Counted from the stretch's first letter, positions 39,300-51,979 are shown. The stretch: 64,000 nucleotides of DNA from Chryseobacterium gleum (GCA_945897565.1 CAMDFN010000003.1:48508-112507), one strand, 5' to 3'. Numbers and translations are program-made. Notes: a model not told the origin generated them from the sequence alone.

Positions 39300-40277
39300 A
39301 TGAAAACCCTACAGTTCCGAGAAGCCCTTAGAGAAGCCATGTCCGAAGAAATGCGCAGAGATGAAAGCGTATTTTTACTCGGAGAAGAAGTAGCCGAATA
39401 CAACGGTGCTTACAAAGTATCTCAAGGCATGCTCGACGAATTTGGCCCAAGACGCATCATCGACACGCCAATTGCCGAACTTGGTTTTTCAGGTATCGCT
39501 GTTGGTGCAGCCATGAACGGCTTGCGCCCAATTGTAGAGTTCATGACCTGGAACTTCGCTATTCTTGCCGCCGATCAAATCATCAATTCTGCTGCTAAAA
39601 TGCTTCAGATGTCTGGTGGTCAGTACGGTTGTCCTATTGTATTTCGCGGTGGCAACGGCCCAGCTGGCCAATTAGCAGCCACGCACTCTCAAAGTTTTGA
39701 GGCTTTTTATGCGCACGTTCCTGGCCTAAAAGTCATCACACCTTCTAACCCAGCCGACGCAAAAGGTCTTTTAAAAGCCGCCATCCGCGACAACGACCCC
39801 GTTGTCTTCTTAGAATCAGAAAAAATGTACGGCGACAAAGGCGAAGTACCTGAAGGAGAATTCATCATTCCTATCGGTGTTGCCGACGTCAAAAGAAAAG
39901 GTACAGATATCACACTCGTTACCTTTGGTAAGATTATCAAAGTGGCTCAAGAAGCCGCAGACGCATTAGCCAAACAAAACATCAGTGTCGAAATCATCGA
40001 CTTGCGAACTATCCGCCCAATTGATTATGGTTGTATTGTTGAATCCATCAAGAAAACTAACCGTTGTGTGGTTGTCGAAGAAGCATGGCCTTTGGCGAGC
40101 ATCTCTTCAGAAATCGCATACCACCTCCAGCGCTATGCTTTTGACTACCTAGATGCGCCAGTGCAACGTGTTACCCAAACCGACACCCCATTTGCTTTTT
40201 CACCAACCCTCATCGAGGAAGCTTTACCAAATGTAGAGCGCATCGTAAAAGCCGTCAAAACAACACTCTACAGATAA
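39300..40277 (+). CDS. pdhB: Pyruvate/2-oxoacid dehydrogenase E1 component beta subunit
   Basis: 325-aa ORF with a transketolase-like pyrimidine-binding domain and C-terminal domain (REALREAMSEEM, GEEVAEYNGAYKVS, IDTPIAE). Confidence 0.85.
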   Translation: MKTLQFREALREAMSEEMRRDESVFLLGEEVAEYNGAYKVSQGMLDEFGPRRIIDTPIAELGFSGIAVGAAMNGLRPIVEFMTWNFAILAADQIINSAAKMLQMSGGQYGCPIVFRGGNGPAGQLAATHSQSFEAFYAHVPGLKVITPSNPADAKGLLKAAIRDNDPVVFLESEKMYGDKGEVPEGEFIIPIGVADVKRKGTDITLVTFGKIIKVAQEAADALAKQNISVEIIDLRTIRPIDYGCIVESIKKTNRCVVVEEAWPLASISSEIAYHLQRYAFDYLDAPVQRVTQTDTPFAFSPTLIEEALPNVERIVKAVKTTLYR

Positions 40278-40316
40278 CTGAATTGATCTCCCAATAGGTG
40301 ATTTTTATTCACATTT

Positions 40317-40349
40317 AAAAAAGGAATCCGCTTGGGTTCCTTTTTTTTT
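40317..40349 (+). terminator. Rho-independent terminator after pdhB
   Basis: AAAAAAGGAATCC-GCTT-GGGTTCCTTTTTTTTT, with one G.U pair in the stem. Confidence 0.7.
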
Positions 40350-40412
40350 GAAAATCAGGCCAAAAATAGCCGATTATTTTTCAAACGCTCTTGGATTATA
40401 AAAATAAATAGT

Positions 40413-40420
40413 TATCTTTG
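40413..40420 (+). promoter_or_regulatory. Bacteroidota -7 box (TATCTTTG) upstream of rpsL (start of ribosomal protein cluster)
   Basis: TAnnTTTG match with a TTG at 40391-40393, 19 nt upstream. It follows the pdhB terminator. Confidence 0.55.
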
Positions 40421-40476
40421 CACCCCTCAAAGTGCGTTTGAGGGTTATTATTTATTATTAAAAACAAGAGTATTTT

Positions 40477-40854
40477 ATGCCAACTATTCAACAATTAGTT
40501 CGCAAAGGAAGAACTGCGGTAGTCAAGAAAAGTAAGTCTGCTGCGCTTGATTCATGTCCACAACGCAAAGGTGTTTGCGTTCGTGTGTACACGACAACTC
40601 CTAAAAAGCCGAACTCGGCCATGCGAAAGGTAGCGCGTGTACGTTTGACCAATGGAAAAGAAGTCAATGCTTACATCGGTGGCGAAGGCCACAATCTTCA
40701 AGAACACTCATTAGTACTTGTGCGAGGAGGAAGGGTAAAAGATTTACCTGGGGTACGTTACCACATTGTTCGTGGTGCAGAGGATACAGCCGGAGTACAA
40801 GGCCGTAGCCAACGTCGTTCTAAGTATGGTACAAAACGTCCAAAGCAGAAATAA
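40477..40854 (+). CDS. rpsL: 30S ribosomal protein S12
   Basis: 125-aa ORF with [12 protein letters not shown] and [10 protein letters not shown] motifs. Confidence 0.97.
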   Translation: MPTIQQLVRKGRTAVVKKSKSAALDSCPQRKGVCVRVYTTTPKKPNSAMRKVARVRLTNGKEVNAYIGGEGHNLQEHSLVLVRGGRVKDLPGVRYHIVRGAEDTAGVQGRSQRRSKYGTKRPKQK

Positions 40855-40870
40855 TTAATAGCTAGACATC

Positions 40871-41341
40871 ATGAGAAGAAGAAAAGCGAAAAAAATTGCG
40901 ATCCTACCGGATCCAAAGTTTCAAGAAGTAGTTGTCACTAAATTTGTGAACAACCTCATGCTAGACGGTAAAAAAAGTTTAGCATTCCGTATTTTTTACG
41001 AAGCATTAGAAATCGTAGAAAAGAAAATCGAAGAGTCCAATGGTCTCGAAACCTGGAAAAAAGCCATCGAAAACATTACGCCAAGTGTAGAAGTACGCTC
41101 ACGTCGCGTCGGTGGTGCTACTTTCCAAATCCCTACTCCTGTTCGCGAAGAGCGCAAGGCATCGTTAGCTATGAAATGGTTAATCGGTTACTCACGCAAA
41201 CGCAACGAGAAAACAATGGCCCAACGTTTGGCCTCAGAAATCATCGCCGCTTCCAAAGAAGAAGGCGCAGCTTTCAAGAAGAAAGAAGATACGCTTCGCA
41301 TGGCTGAAGCTAACAAAGCATTTTCACACTTCAGATTCTAA
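40871..41341 (+). CDS. rpsG: 30S ribosomal protein S7
   Basis: 156-aa ORF in the rpsL-rpsG-fusA order with uS7 motifs (LPDPKF, GKKSLA). Confidence 0.95.
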   Translation: MRRRKAKKIAILPDPKFQEVVVTKFVNNLMLDGKKSLAFRIFYEALEIVEKKIEESNGLETWKKAIENITPSVEVRSRRVGGATFQIPTPVREERKASLAMKWLIGYSRKRNEKTMAQRLASEIIAASKEEGAAFKKKEDTLRMAEANKAFSHFRF

Positions 41342-41344
41342 GAA

Positions 41345-43438
41345 ATGGCTAGAGATTTAAGATTCACAAGAAATATTGGTATTGCAGCACACATCGATGC
41401 TGGTAAAACCACTACAACTGAGCGTATCCTTTATTATGGTGGTGTAAGTCACAAAATTGGTGAGGTTCACGACGGTGCAGCCACTATGGACTGGATGGAG
41501 CAAGAACAAGAGCGTGGTATTACCATTACCTCTGCTGCTACCACCTTAGATTGGAACTACCGCGGTCAAAAATACCACGTTAACATCATTGATACCCCAG
41601 GACACGTTGACTTTACCGTAGAGGTAAACCGTTCCCTTCGCGTACTTGACGGATTGGTATTTTTGTTCTCTGCAGTTGATGGCGTTGAGCCTCAGTCAGA
41701 AACCAACTGGCGTTTGGCTAATAACTACAACGTTCCACGTATTGGTTTTGTAAACAAAATGGACCGCCAGGGTGCAGACTTCTTAATGGTTTGTCGCCAA
41801 GTTAAAACAATGTTGGGAAGCCAAGCGCTTCCGCTTCAAATCAATATCGGTGAAGAAGATAACTTCAAAGGTGTGGTCGACTTGATCAACTGGAGAGGTA
41901 TTGTTTGGAATGAGCACGACATGGGAATGACTTTCCAAGAAGTAGAAATTCCTGCTGATATTGTCGATGAAGCACGTCAATTGCGTTCAGAACTACTCGA
42001 AGCAGTAGCCGAATTCGACGAAACCCTCATGGAGAAATTCTTCGAAGACGAAAACTCTTTGACAGAACGCGAAATCTTAAGTGCTTTGCGTCAAGCAACC
42101 ATCGCTGGAAAAGTTGTTCCAATGATGTGTGGCTCTTCTTTCAAAAACAAAGGCGTACAAGCAATGCTCGACATGGTAATGGAAATCCTTCCTTCACCAA
42201 TGGATGTTGAAGGCATTACCGGTATCAACCCTAAAACCGATCAAGAAGTGACGCGCAAACCATCTTACGATGAGCCTTTCGCTGGTCTTGCATTCAAAAT
42301 TGCAACAGACCCGTTTGTAGGTCGTTTGTGTTTCGTTCGTGCTTACTCTGGTAAACTTGAAGCAGGTTCTTATGTCTTGAACACGCGTTCAGACAACAAA
42401 GAGCGTATTTCTCGTATCTTCCAAATGCACGCCAACAAACAAAACCAAATTCCTGAACTAGGAGCTGGCGATATCGGTGCCGTTGTAGGATTTAAAGACA
42501 TCAAAACTGGCGATACCCTTTGTGCAGAAAATGCACCAATCATTCTTGAGTCCATGGACTTCCCAGATCCGGTTATCGGTTTGGCAATTGAGCCTAAAAC
42601 GCAAGCTGACACAGATCGTCTATCAATTGGTTTAAATAAACTTTCTGAAGAAGATCCAACTTTCCGCGTCAACACAGACGAAGAAACAGGGCAAACCATT
42701 ATCTCAGGTATGGGTGAGCTTCACCTCGAGATCATCATCGACCGTTTGAAGCGTGAGTTTAAAGTTGAAGTCAACCAAGGTGCTCCACAAGTAGCTTACC
42801 GCGAAGCCATCACAGGCCGAACAGATCACCGTGAAGTTTACAAAAAACAAACAGGTGGTCGCGGTAAATTTGCAGACATCAACGTTAAAATTTCAGCTCA
42901 AACGAACGAAGAAAAAACGGGTCTTGAATTCATCAATAGCATTAAAGGTGGTAACATTCCACGTGAATTTATTCCTTCAGTCGAAAAAGGCTTCAAAGAC
43001 TCCATGAAAAATGGTGTATTGGCTGGCTTCCCTATCGACGCTTTGGTTGTCGAATTGATTGATGGTTCATACCACAACGTCGACTCCGACTCACTATCAT
43101 TCGAATTGTGTGCAAGAATGGCTTACCGTGCAGCATTGAAATTATGTAGCCCAATTCTTCTTGAACCAATCATGAAATTAGAGGTGGTTACACCAGAAGA
43201 AAACATGGGTGACGTCGTTGGTGACCTCAACCGTCGTCGTGGCATGATGAAAGGCATGGATGACCGCAATGGTGCTAAAGTGCTCAAAGCTGACGTTCCA
43301 TTATCTGAAATGTTTGGATATGTTACACAGCTGAGAACCATCACATCTGGACGCGCAAGTTCTTCAATGGAGTTTTCTCACTATGCTGAGGCCCCAAGAA
43401 ACGTCGCAGAAGAAGTAGTAGCTAAAGCAAAAGGTTAA
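41345..43438 (+). CDS. fusA: Elongation factor G
   Basis: 697-aa ORF with GTPase motifs [17 protein letters not shown] and NKMD. Confidence 0.97.
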   Translation: MARDLRFTRNIGIAAHIDAGKTTTTERILYYGGVSHKIGEVHDGAATMDWMEQEQERGITITSAATTLDWNYRGQKYHVNIIDTPGHVDFTVEVNRSLRVLDGLVFLFSAVDGVEPQSETNWRLANNYNVPRIGFVNKMDRQGADFLMVCRQVKTMLGSQALPLQINIGEEDNFKGVVDLINWRGIVWNEHDMGMTFQEVEIPADIVDEARQLRSELLEAVAEFDETLMEKFFEDENSLTEREILSALRQATIAGKVVPMMCGSSFKNKGVQAMLDMVMEILPSPMDVEGITGINPKTDQEVTRKPSYDEPFAGLAFKIATDPFVGRLCFVRAYSGKLEAGSYVLNTRSDNKERISRIFQMHANKQNQIPELGAGDIGAVVGFKDIKTGDTLCAENAPIILESMDFPDPVIGLAIEPKTQADTDRLSIGLNKLSEEDPTFRVNTDEETGQTIISGMGELHLEIIIDRLKREFKVEVNQGAPQVAYREAITGRTDHREVYKKQTGGRGKFADINVKISAQTNEEKTGLEFINSIKGGNIPREFIPSVEKGFKDSMKNGVLAGFPIDALVVELIDGSYHNVDSDSLSFELCARMAYRAALKLCSPILLEPIMKLEVVTPEENMGDVVGDLNRRRGMMKGMDDRNGAKVLKADVPLSEMFGYVTQLRTITSGRASSSMEFSHYAEAPRNVAEEVVAKAKG

Positions 43439-43462
43439 GTCACAGCATAAAAAGTTAAGCAG

Positions 43463-43768
43463 ATGAGCCAAAAAATCAGAATCAAATTAAAATCTTACGA
43501 TCACAACTTGCTCGATAAATCAGCAGAGAAAATCGTAAAAACAGTGAAGTCTACAGGTGCTGTGGTAAGTGGTCCTATTCCACTTCCAACACACAAAAGA
43601 ATTTACACCGTACTTCGTTCACCACACGTGAACAAAAAGGCGCGTGAGCAATTCGAATTGTGTGCCTACAAGCGTTTGATGGATATCTATAGCAGTTCTT
43701 CAAAGACTGTTGATGCCCTCATGAAGTTGGAGCTTCCTAGTGGAGTTGACGTAGAAATCAAAGTGTAA
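43463..43768 (+). CDS. rpsJ: 30S ribosomal protein S10
   Basis: 101-aa ORF starting [14 protein letters not shown]. It is the first gene of the S10 block. Confidence 0.95.
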   Translation: MSQKIRIKLKSYDHNLLDKSAEKIVKTVKSTGAVVSGPIPLPTHKRIYTVLRSPHVNKKAREQFELCAYKRLMDIYSSSSKTVDALMKLELPSGVDVEIKV

Positions 43769-43785
43769 TTTTTAACAACTAGTAT

Positions 43786-44400
43786 ATGCCAGGAATTATT
43801 GGACGCAAAATCGGGATGACTAGCATCTTCAGTGCTGAGGGCAAATCAATGCCATGCACAGTCGTAGAAGCTGGTCCTTGTGTTGTGACGCAAGTCAAAA
43901 CACAAGACAGGGATGGTTACGATGCAGTTCAGTTGGGATTCGGTGCTCGCAAAGAGAAAAACACCCCCAATGCATTGAAAGGCCATTTCAAAAAATCAAA
44001 CACGGCTCCTAAAGCCAAGTTGGTTGAATTCAAAGGATTCGACTCAGCTAATTTAGGAGACACCATTGACATCAGTGTCTTCAGTGAAGGTGAATTTGTC
44101 GATGTAACCGGAACCACAAAAGGTAAAGGTTTCCAAGGGGTTGTTCGTCGCCACGGATTCGCCGGCGTTGGACAAGCTACACACGGTCAGCACAACCGTC
44201 TTCGTGCACCAGGTTCTATCGGTGCTTGTTCCTATCCAGCACGTGTATTCAAAGGAATGCGCATGGCGGGTCAAATGGGTAACAAAAGACGCAAGCAGGC
44301 CAACCTACAAATTTTAAAGGTAATTGCAGACAAGAATCTAGTGATCATTAAAGGATCGATTCCAGGTGCAAATGGTTCAACCGTAACAATTGTCAAGTAA
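43786..44400 (+). CDS. rplC: 50S ribosomal protein L3
   Basis: 204-aa ORF with [13 protein letters not shown] and GKGFQGV motifs. Confidence 0.95.
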   Translation: MPGIIGRKIGMTSIFSAEGKSMPCTVVEAGPCVVTQVKTQDRDGYDAVQLGFGARKEKNTPNALKGHFKKSNTAPKAKLVEFKGFDSANLGDTIDISVFSEGEFVDVTGTTKGKGFQGVVRRHGFAGVGQATHGQHNRLRAPGSIGACSYPARVFKGMRMAGQMGNKRRKQANLQILKVIADKNLVIIKGSIPGANGSTVTIVK

Positions 44401-45023
44401 TGAAACTGAAGATCTACGATTCAAAAGGTGCAGCTACTGCTCAGTCAGTAACCCTTGCAGACGAGGTGTTTGGAATTGAACCAAACAACCATGCAATTTA
44501 CTTGGATGTCAAACAACATTTAGCGAACAAACGTCAAGGTACTCACAAATCTAAAGAGCGCAACGAGATTGCTGGTTCTACCAGAAAAATCAAGCGTCAA
44601 AAAGGTACTGGTGGTGCACGTGCGGGTTCAGTTAAATCTGGTACACGTGTAGGTGGAGGCCGTATTTTCGGACCACGCCCACGCAACTACCACTTCAAAT
44701 TAAACGTGAAGTTGAAACGTTTGGCACGTAAGTCTGCTTTTGCTTTCAAAGTGAAAAGCGACTCTCTAATGGTCATTCAAGACCTTCACATGGAAGCAAA
44801 AACAAAAGACTTTAAAGCGCTTTTATCTTCGCTCAACCTTGAAAACCAAAAAGTACTTTTTATCCTCGGTGACAAAACGGACAGCGTATACTTAGCTGCG
44901 CGTAACCTTGGACGTGTAAAAGTCGTAACAGCAGATTCCTTTAACACTTACGACGTGCTCAACGCAGCAAAAGTGATTTTGGCTGAAAGCTCTATTGAGA
45001 AAATTCAAACGATTCTTAACTAA
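44400..45023 (+). CDS. rplD: 50S ribosomal protein L4
   Basis: 207-aa ORF with a TAATG overlap with rplC. Assignment rests on operon position and the RQKGTGGAR motif. Confidence 0.93.
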   Translation: MKLKIYDSKGAATAQSVTLADEVFGIEPNNHAIYLDVKQHLANKRQGTHKSKERNEIAGSTRKIKRQKGTGGARAGSVKSGTRVGGGRIFGPRPRNYHFKLNVKLKRLARKSAFAFKVKSDSLMVIQDLHMEAKTKDFKALLSSLNLENQKVLFILGDKTDSVYLAARNLGRVKVVTADSFNTYDVLNAAKVILAESSIEKIQTILN

Positions 45024-45028
45024 GCGTT

Positions 45029-45325
45029 ATGCAAACTATTATCAAGAAGCCGGTCATTACGGAAAAAGCGACAAAACTAAGCGAGCTTTCTAATCGCTTT
45101 ACTTTTGAAGTCGACCGTAAGTCCAACAAAATCGAAATTAAAAATGCCATCGAAAAGATGTATGGAGTACATGTCACAGATGTTCATACATTAAACTATG
45201 GTGGTGGGGTATCCTCTGTGAAGTACACGAATAAAGGCATTGTTGAGCAAAAAAGCAAACAATGGAAGAAGGCTGTAGTAACGATAGCAGATGGTGAAAC
45301 CATTGATTTATTTAACAATTATTAA
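45029..45325 (+). CDS. rplW: 50S ribosomal protein L23
   Basis: 98-aa ORF assigned by operon position between rplD and rplB. Confidence 0.9.
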   Translation: MQTIIKKPVITEKATKLSELSNRFTFEVDRKSNKIEIKNAIEKMYGVHVTDVHTLNYGGGVSSVKYTNKGIVEQKSKQWKKAVVTIADGETIDLFNNY

Positions 45326-45334
45326 TGTTTAACC

Positions 45335-46159
<825 letters not shown>

Positions 46160-46166
46160 TTAAGGT

Positions 46167-46445
46167 ATGAGTCGTTCATTAAAGAAACCACCGTTTGTTC
46201 ACTATAAGCTGATGAAACGAGTTGACGATGCTCAAGAGTCAAGCAGTAAGGCTGTCATAAAAACATGGTCAAGAGCATCCACGATTACTCCAGAATTTGT
46301 TGGTTTGACCTTCGCTGTTCACAACGGCAATAAGTTCATTCCAGTATTTGTTACGGAAAACATGGTAGGTCACAAACTAGGAGAATTTTCTCCTACCCGC
46401 AACTTCCGTGGCCACGCCGGTAATAAAAAAGATAAGAAACGTTAA
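46167..46445 (+). CDS. rpsS: 30S ribosomal protein S19
   Basis: 92-aa ORF with [11 protein letters not shown] and GHKLGEF motifs. Confidence 0.95.
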   Translation: MSRSLKKPPFVHYKLMKRVDDAQESSSKAVIKTWSRASTITPEFVGLTFAVHNGNKFIPVFVTENMVGHKLGEFSPTRNFRGHAGNKKDKKR

Positions 46446-46459
46446 GAATTATTACAGTC

Positions 46460-46855
46460 ATGGGAGCTAGAAAACGCTTAAGAGCTGAAGAGCTAAAAGA
46501 GAATAAAAAGTCAATGGCCATCGCGCGCTTGAATGATTCACCTATTTCTCCTCGTAAGATGAGATTAGTAGCTGATTTGATTCGTGGTGTTGAAGTCAAT
46601 AAAGCTTTGAACATCCTCCACTTCAATAGTAAAGATGCTTCTACAAGCCTTGGTAAACTTCTCCGTTCTGCAATTGCAAACTGGGAACAAAAAAACGAAG
46701 GTGCAGACATCAGCCAAGAAACACTCGTAGTGAGTCGTATTGAAGTAGGTTGTGGAACAATGCTCAAACGCATTCAACCAGCACCGCAAGGTCGTGCACA
46801 CAGAATTAGAAAAAGATCGAACCACGTGACGATCGTAGTTGATGGCACTAAATAA
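46460..46855 (+). CDS. rplV: 50S ribosomal protein L22
   Basis: 131-aa ORF assigned by operon position, with [14 protein letters not shown]. Confidence 0.93.
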   Translation: MGARKRLRAEELKENKKSMAIARLNDSPISPRKMRLVADLIRGVEVNKALNILHFNSKDASTSLGKLLRSAIANWEQKNEGADISQETLVVSRIEVGCGTMLKRIQPAPQGRAHRIRKRSNHVTIVVDGTK

Positions 46856-46864
46856 CTAGAAGAA

Positions 46865-47590
46865 ATGGGACAAAAAACGAATCCAATTGGAAATAGACTT
46901 GGTTACATCCACGGATGGGAATCAAATTGGTACGGTGGCAACGACTACAAAGATAAAATCATCGAAGACGATCAAATCCGTCGTTACCTAAACGCTCGTT
47001 TGGCTAAAGCAAGTATTGCTAAAATCATTATCGAGCGCACTCTCAAACTAGTTACGGTCACTATCAATACTGCACGCCCTGGTGTCATCATCGGTAAAGG
47101 TGGTCAAGAAGTTGACAAACTAAAAGAAGAATTGAAAAAGTTGACGAAAAAAGAAATTCAAATCAACATCTTCGAAGTAAAGCGTCCAGAATTAGACGCA
47201 CGCTTAGTGTCTGATGGTATTTCTCGTCAATTAGAAGCCCGTATTTCTTTCCGTCGTGCCATTAAAATGGCCATCGCCGGATCTATGCGCATGGGTGCTG
47301 AAGGGATTAAAGTTAAAATCTCTGGCCGTTTGAACGGAGCTGAAATGGCTCGTACAGAAATGTACAAAGACGGACGTACACCATTGCATACATTCCGTGC
47401 AGACATCGACTACGCAGTATCTGAAGCACACACTACATACGGACGTATCGGTGTAAAAGTGTGGATTTGCCGCGGTGAAGTATATGGTAAGCGCGACCTC
47501 GCTCCTAACATCGGCATGAATACCGGTGCAGGAAACAGCAACCAAGGAGGCGACCGCAAACCTGCGTCGTTCAAAAGAAAAAAGAAGTAA
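46865..47590 (+). CDS. rpsC: 30S ribosomal protein S3
   Basis: 241-aa ORF starting [13 protein letters not shown], with a KH-domain motif (GIIIGKGG-like VIIGKGGQ). Confidence 0.96.
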   Translation: MGQKTNPIGNRLGYIHGWESNWYGGNDYKDKIIEDDQIRRYLNARLAKASIAKIIIERTLKLVTVTINTARPGVIIGKGGQEVDKLKEELKKLTKKEIQINIFEVKRPELDARLVSDGISRQLEARISFRRAIKMAIAGSMRMGAEGIKVKISGRLNGAEMARTEMYKDGRTPLHTFRADIDYAVSEAHTTYGRIGVKVWICRGEVYGKRDLAPNIGMNTGAGNSNQGGDRKPASFKRKKK

Positions 47591-47610
47591 GACAGTTAAA
47601 TTGACAGGAA

Positions 47611-48036
47611 ATGTTACAGCCTAAAAGAACAAAATTTAGAAGAGTACAGAAAGGAAGAAACCGTGGATTGGCCCATCGTGGCTCAACAATCGCGTTCGGA
47701 TCTTTCGGATTAAAGGCTTTGGAACCAGCATGGATTACTTCACGTCAGATTGAAGCTTCTCGTATCGCCGTTACTCGATACATGAAGCGTGAAGGAAAAG
47801 TTTGGATCCGAATATTCCCAGACAAGCCGGTTACCTCAAAACCAGCTGAAGTACGTATGGGTAAAGGTAAGGGTGCACCTAGCCACTGGGTTGCCGTGAT
47901 CAAACCAGGAACGATCATGTTTGAAGCAGATGGTGTCGCTTACGACATTGCAAAAGAAGCAATGCGCCTTGCCGCACAGAAGTTGCCTGTGAAATGCAAG
48001 TTCATTGTTCGCAATGATTATGTTTTACCAGTTTAA
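47611..48036 (+). CDS. rplP: 50S ribosomal protein L16
   Basis: 141-aa ORF starting [16 protein letters not shown]. Confidence 0.96.
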   Translation: MLQPKRTKFRRVQKGRNRGLAHRGSTIAFGSFGLKALEPAWITSRQIEASRIAVTRYMKREGKVWIRIFPDKPVTSKPAEVRMGKGKGAPSHWVAVIKPGTIMFEADGVAYDIAKEAMRLAAQKLPVKCKFIVRNDYVLPV

Positions 48037-48045
48037 TCGATAAAG

Positions 48046-48240
48046 ATGAAACAAACAGAAATCACAAATCTATCTACAGCGGATTTACAAGGCCGTTTGG
48101 AAGACTTCAAAGGTCAATTGACTAACTTGAAGTTGACGCACAAATTGGCTCCAATTGAAAATCCATTGCGCATTCATCACATGCGCAAACTGGTAGCAAG
48201 ATTGAGTACAGAGTTAACTAAACGTTCAAATCAGGCTTAA
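48046..48240 (+). CDS. rpmC: 50S ribosomal protein L29
   Basis: 64-aa ORF assigned by operon position after rplP. Confidence 0.9.
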   Translation: MKQTEITNLSTADLQGRLEDFKGQLTNLKLTHKLAPIENPLRIHHMRKLVARLSTELTKRSNQA

Positions 48241-48255
48241 TCCTGAGATAAAAAA

Positions 48256-48519
48256 ATGAACATGGAAAAACGAAATTTAAGAAAAGAAAGAATTGGTGTC
48301 GTAACCAGTGACAAAATGGAGAAATCCATTGTCGTTTCTGTTGAACGTAAAGTGAAGCACCCGAAATATGGTAAGTTCGTTAAGAAAACTACCCGTTTTG
48401 TTGCTCACGACGAAAACAACGATTGTCATATTGGTGACACCGTTCGCATCATGGAAACACGTCCTTTGAGTAAATCAAAGAACTGGAGAATGGTAGAAAT
48501 TGTAGAACGCGCTAAATAA
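48256..48519 (+). CDS. rpsQ: 30S ribosomal protein S17
   Basis: 87-aa ORF with the [14 protein letters not shown] motif. ATG 48262 is an alternative start. Confidence 0.92.
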   Translation: MNMEKRNLRKERIGVVTSDKMEKSIVVSVERKVKHPKYGKFVKKTTRFVAHDENNDCHIGDTVRIMETRPLSKSKNWRMVEIVERAK

Positions 48520-48528
48520 TCGGATAAA

Positions 48529-48897
48529 ATGATACAAACAGAATCCAGACTATCAGTAGCAGACAACTCAGGAGCAAAGGAAGTATTGGTCATCCGCGTT
48601 TTAGGCGGTACAAGAAGACGCTATGCTTCAGTTGGTGACAAAATTGTTGTTGCCGTTAAAAGTGCAATGCCCAACGCAGCCGTCAAAAAAGGTTCAGTAG
48701 CAAAAGCAGTTGTAGTAAGAACGAAAAAAGAAATTCGTCGCGCAGACGGTTCTTACATTCGTTTTGACGACAATGCGTGTGTGATCCTCAACCAAGGTGG
48801 TGAAATGCGTGGTACGCGTATTTTCGGGCCAGTAGCTCGTGAATTGCGTGAAAGCAACTACATGAAAATTGTTTCACTAGCACCTGAGGTGTTATAA
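48529..48897 (+). CDS. rplN: 50S ribosomal protein L14
   Basis: 122-aa ORF starting [17 protein letters not shown]. Confidence 0.97.
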   Translation: MIQTESRLSVADNSGAKEVLVIRVLGGTRRRYASVGDKIVVAVKSAMPNAAVKKGSVAKAVVVRTKKEIRRADGSYIRFDDNACVILNQGGEMRGTRIFGPVARELRESNYMKIVSLAPEVL

Positions 48898-48908
48898 ATC
48901 ATTGAGTA

Positions 48909-49223
48909 ATGCAAAAGAAATTACACATCAAGATTGGCGACACCGTGAAGGTTATTTCCGGTGAATCCAAAGGTCGTGAGGGCAAAATTGCCACCATAGA
49001 CCGCGAGAAAATGCGTGCAACTGTTGAAGGTGTTAACATGGTTAAAAAACACAACAAGCCAAGCGCAACAAATCCTCAAGGTGGCATCGAAGAAAAAGAA
49101 GGTTCGATTCACATTTCTAACCTTATGGTCATGAGCAACGGTGTTGCCAGCCGTATCGGAAGAAAAGAGGTAGAAGGTAAATTAGTACGTTACTCCAAAA
49201 AATCAGGGGAGGTGATTAAGTAA
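48909..49223 (+). CDS. rplX: 50S ribosomal protein L24
   Basis: 104-aa ORF with a KOW motif ([18 protein letters not shown]). Confidence 0.93.
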   Translation: MQKKLHIKIGDTVKVISGESKGREGKIATIDREKMRATVEGVNMVKKHNKPSATNPQGGIEEKEGSIHISNLMVMSNGVASRIGRKEVEGKLVRYSKKSGEVIK

Positions 49224-49774
49224 TGAGTTACACGCCAAGATTAAAAGAAAAGTACAGGAACGAAATCAAGCAAACGCTTCAAGAGCGTTTCAATTACAAA
49301 TCTGTAATGAGCGTTCCTAGGTTAGAAAAAATTGTTCTCAGCCAAGGTATGGGTGAGGCGGTTGCCGACAAGAAATTGATCGATAATGCAGCTGCTGACT
49401 TATCTCGTATCGCTGGTCAAAAAGCAATTACTACAATTTCTAAGAAAGATATCTCCAACTTTAAGTTGCGTAAAGGGATGCCAATTGGTACAAAAGTGAC
49501 CCTTCGTGGTGACCGCATGTACGACTTCCTAGATCGTTTACTTGCTGTTGCATTGCCAAGAACACGTGACTTCCGCGGAATCAACCCCAAAGGATTTGAC
49601 GGTCGTGGTAACTTCAACCTCGGTATCAAAGAACATATCATTTTCCCAGAAATTGATATTGACAAAGTAAACCGAATTTTAGGTATGGATATCACCTTCG
49701 TTACATCAGCAGCTAGCGACGAAGAGGCAAAAGCATTGTTGGATGCATTTGGTTTTCCATTTATTAAAAAGTAA
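49223..49774 (+). CDS. rplE: 50S ribosomal protein L5
   Basis: 183-aa ORF assigned by operon position, with the [14 protein letters not shown] motif. Confidence 0.95.
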   Translation: MSYTPRLKEKYRNEIKQTLQERFNYKSVMSVPRLEKIVLSQGMGEAVADKKLIDNAAADLSRIAGQKAITTISKKDISNFKLRKGMPIGTKVTLRGDRMYDFLDRLLAVALPRTRDFRGINPKGFDGRGNFNLGIKEHIIFPEIDIDKVNRILGMDITFVTSAASDEEAKALLDAFGFPFIKK

Positions 49775-49779
49775 TAGAA

Positions 49780-50094
49780 ATGGCTAAAGAATCAATGAAA
49801 GCGCGTGAGCGCAAAAGAGAAAGGTTAGTAAACCGTTACGAAAAGAAACGTGCGGAACTCACCAAAATTTTGAAGTCGACAGATGCATCTGAAGAAATTC
49901 AGTCTCTCAAATGGGACGCAATGATGAAATTGCAAAAATTACCAGCAAACTCCTCCAAAATCAGAAAACACAATCGCTGTGGCTTAACTGGTCGTCCGAG
50001 AGGTTACATGCGTCAATTTGGTATCTCAAGGGTAACTTTCCGCGAGATGGCTTTGGCTGGTAAAATCCCCGGAGTTAAGAAAGCAAGTTGGTAA
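49780..50094 (+). CDS. rpsN: 30S ribosomal protein S14 (long, non-zinc form)
   Basis: 104-aa ORF with [19 protein letters not shown] and a C-terminal KKASW. It has a single Cys, so there is no CxxC zinc ribbon. Confidence 0.93.
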   Translation: MAKESMKARERKRERLVNRYEKKRAELTKILKSTDASEEIQSLKWDAMMKLQKLPANSSKIRKHNRCGLTGRPRGYMRQFGISRVTFREMALAGKIPGVKKASW

Positions 50095-50113
50095 TTAAGA
50101 AAAAACTAAAGAA

Positions 50114-50512
50114 ATGAATACAGATCCAATAGCAGACTTTCTCACCCGCATCAGAAATGCGAGTGCAGCAGGCTTGAAGACCGTAGATATCCCAAGTTCA
50201 AACATTAAACGTGCAATGACACAAATTTTGTTTGATCAAGGGTATATCCTCAACTACAAATTTGAGGAAGACAACAAACAAGGTGCCATCAAAATCGCCT
50301 TGAAATACAACATGTCTACGCGTGTACCAGCCATTACTAAATTGCAACGTGCTTCACGTCCAGGACTTAGAAAATATAGCAGTGCCGAAGAAATGCCACG
50401 CGTTTTGAATGGTTTAGGTATTGCCATCGTTTCTACCTCTCGTGGTGTGATTACAGATAAGGAAGCACGTCACCAAAAAATTGGTGGTGAAGTTCTTTGT
50501 TACGTTTACTAA
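50114..50512 (+). CDS. rpsH: 30S ribosomal protein S8
   Basis: 132-aa ORF starting MNTDPIADFLTRIRNA. Confidence 0.95.
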   Translation: MNTDPIADFLTRIRNASAAGLKTVDIPSSNIKRAMTQILFDQGYILNYKFEEDNKQGAIKIALKYNMSTRVPAITKLQRASRPGLRKYSSAEEMPRVLNGLGIAIVSTSRGVITDKEARHQKIGGEVLCYVY

Positions 50513-50524
50513 AAATTAAGAGCA

Positions 50525-51079
50525 ATGTCAAGAATTGGAAAAGCACTTATAACAATCCCAAGTGGCGTCGAAGTGACGTTCAAAGATGCCGTGTTCACGG
50601 TAAAAGGGAAAAAAGGCGAATTAACACAACACATTGATGCTTCGATCAGCGTAAGCATCGAAGACAACATCATTACTTTTGCGCGTGCTACTGACGCACC
50701 AGATCACCGCTCAAAGCACGGTTTATACCGCTCTTTGGTTTTCAACATGATCCAAGGTGTATCAGTAGGATTCAAAAAAGAGATGGAAGTTATTGGAGTT
50801 GGTTACCGTGCAACAGCAACTGGTCAACAACTCGAATTAGCCCTCGGATTTTCACATGCCATTATTTTGGAAATCCCGAAAGAAGTGAACGTTACCACTA
50901 CAACTGAAAAAGGTAAAGCTCCTGTGGTCTCTCTTGAGTCTCACGACAAGCAATTACTCGGACAAGTTGCAGCCAAGATTCGCTCTTTCAGAAAACCTGA
51001 ACCATACAAAGGAAAAGGTATCCGCTTTGTAGGTGAAGAAATTCGTAGAAAAGCTGGTAAGTCAGCAGGTAAAAAATAA
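50525..51079 (+). CDS. rplF: 50S ribosomal protein L6
   Basis: 184-aa ORF with MSRIGK and the [10 protein letters not shown] motif. Confidence 0.95.
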   Translation: MSRIGKALITIPSGVEVTFKDAVFTVKGKKGELTQHIDASISVSIEDNIITFARATDAPDHRSKHGLYRSLVFNMIQGVSVGFKKEMEVIGVGYRATATGQQLELALGFSHAIILEIPKEVNVTTTTEKGKAPVVSLESHDKQLLGQVAAKIRSFRKPEPYKGKGIRFVGEEIRRKAGKSAGKK

Positions 51080-51090
51080 TCGAAAGAATT

Positions 51091-51444
51091 ATGGCACTAA
51101 ATAAAGTCTTAAGAAGAGCAAAAATCAAGCGAAGAATCAGAAAAAAACTTTTCGGTACTTCAGCTATTCCACGTCTCACTGTTTTTAGAAGTAACAAGCA
51201 AATTTATGCGCAAGTAATAGACGACAACACAGGTCGTACACTTGCCTCTGCTGGTTCACTGAAAATGGACGATGCGCAAAAAGTCAATAAAGTTAATCAG
51301 GCAGCAGTTGTCGGAAAGAAAATCGCAGAAGTTGCTCAAAAAGCAGGTGTAGAACGCGTCGTTTTTGACCGCAATGGTTACTTGTATCATGGTAGAATTA
51401 AATCCTTGGCTGATTCAGCTCGCGAAGGAGGACTCAAATTTTAA
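51091..51444 (+). CDS. rplR: 50S ribosomal protein L18
   Basis: 117-aa ORF assigned by operon position, with [11 protein letters not shown]. Confidence 0.94.
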   Translation: MALNKVLRRAKIKRRIRKKLFGTSAIPRLTVFRSNKQIYAQVIDDNTGRTLASAGSLKMDDAQKVNKVNQAAVVGKKIAEVAQKAGVERVVFDRNGYLYHGRIKSLADSAREGGLKF

Positions 51445-51449
51445 GAAAA

Positions 51450-51968
51450 ATGGCAGCTCAAATCGTAAACAGAGTGAAATCAGCTGATATCGAGTTAAAA
51501 GACAAACTCGTTGCAGTGAATCGTGTTACCAAAGTAACCAAAGGTGGTCGTACGTTCAGTTTCTCAGCTATTGTTGTAGTTGGTGACGAACACGGCGTTG
51601 TTGGTCATGGCCTTGGTAAAGCGAAAGAAGTTACCGAAGCCATTACTAAAGGCATCGACGACGCTAAGAAAAACTTGATCAAAGTTCCTATTCTTAGAGG
51701 TACTGTTCCGCACGAACAAAAAGGTAAATTCGGTGGTGCTGAGGTATTCCTCAAGCCAGCAACTGAAGGTACTGGTGTAATCGCCGGTGGTGCAATGCGC
51801 GCAGTACTCGAAAGCGTTGGCGTACACAATGTATTGGCAAAATCTCAAGGATCATCTAATCCACACAACGTAGTGAAAGCAACTATGGTCGCACTATCAA
51901 ACATGCGCGATGCAGTTGCAGTTGCTCGTCAACGTGGAATTTCCCTTGATAAAGTATTCAACGGTTAA
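51450..51968 (+). CDS. rpsE: 30S ribosomal protein S5
   Basis: 172-aa ORF with the [12 protein letters not shown] motif. Confidence 0.95.
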   Translation: MAAQIVNRVKSADIELKDKLVAVNRVTKVTKGGRTFSFSAIVVVGDEHGVVGHGLGKAKEVTEAITKGIDDAKKNLIKVPILRGTVPHEQKGKFGGAEVFLKPATEGTGVIAGGAMRAVLESVGVHNVLAKSQGSSNPHNVVKATMVALSNMRDAVAVARQRGISLDKVFNG

Positions 51969-51979
51969 AATATTCAGCA

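Noticed and set aside
44722-44738. Sigma-54 promoter-like TGGCACgtaagTCTGC inside rplD, and TGGCACtcaaTTGC at about 59856 inside eno
   Set aside because: The spacing between the GG and GC elements is off by one in both. Both lie inside highly conserved coding sequence with no downstream gene start. They are most likely chance matches.
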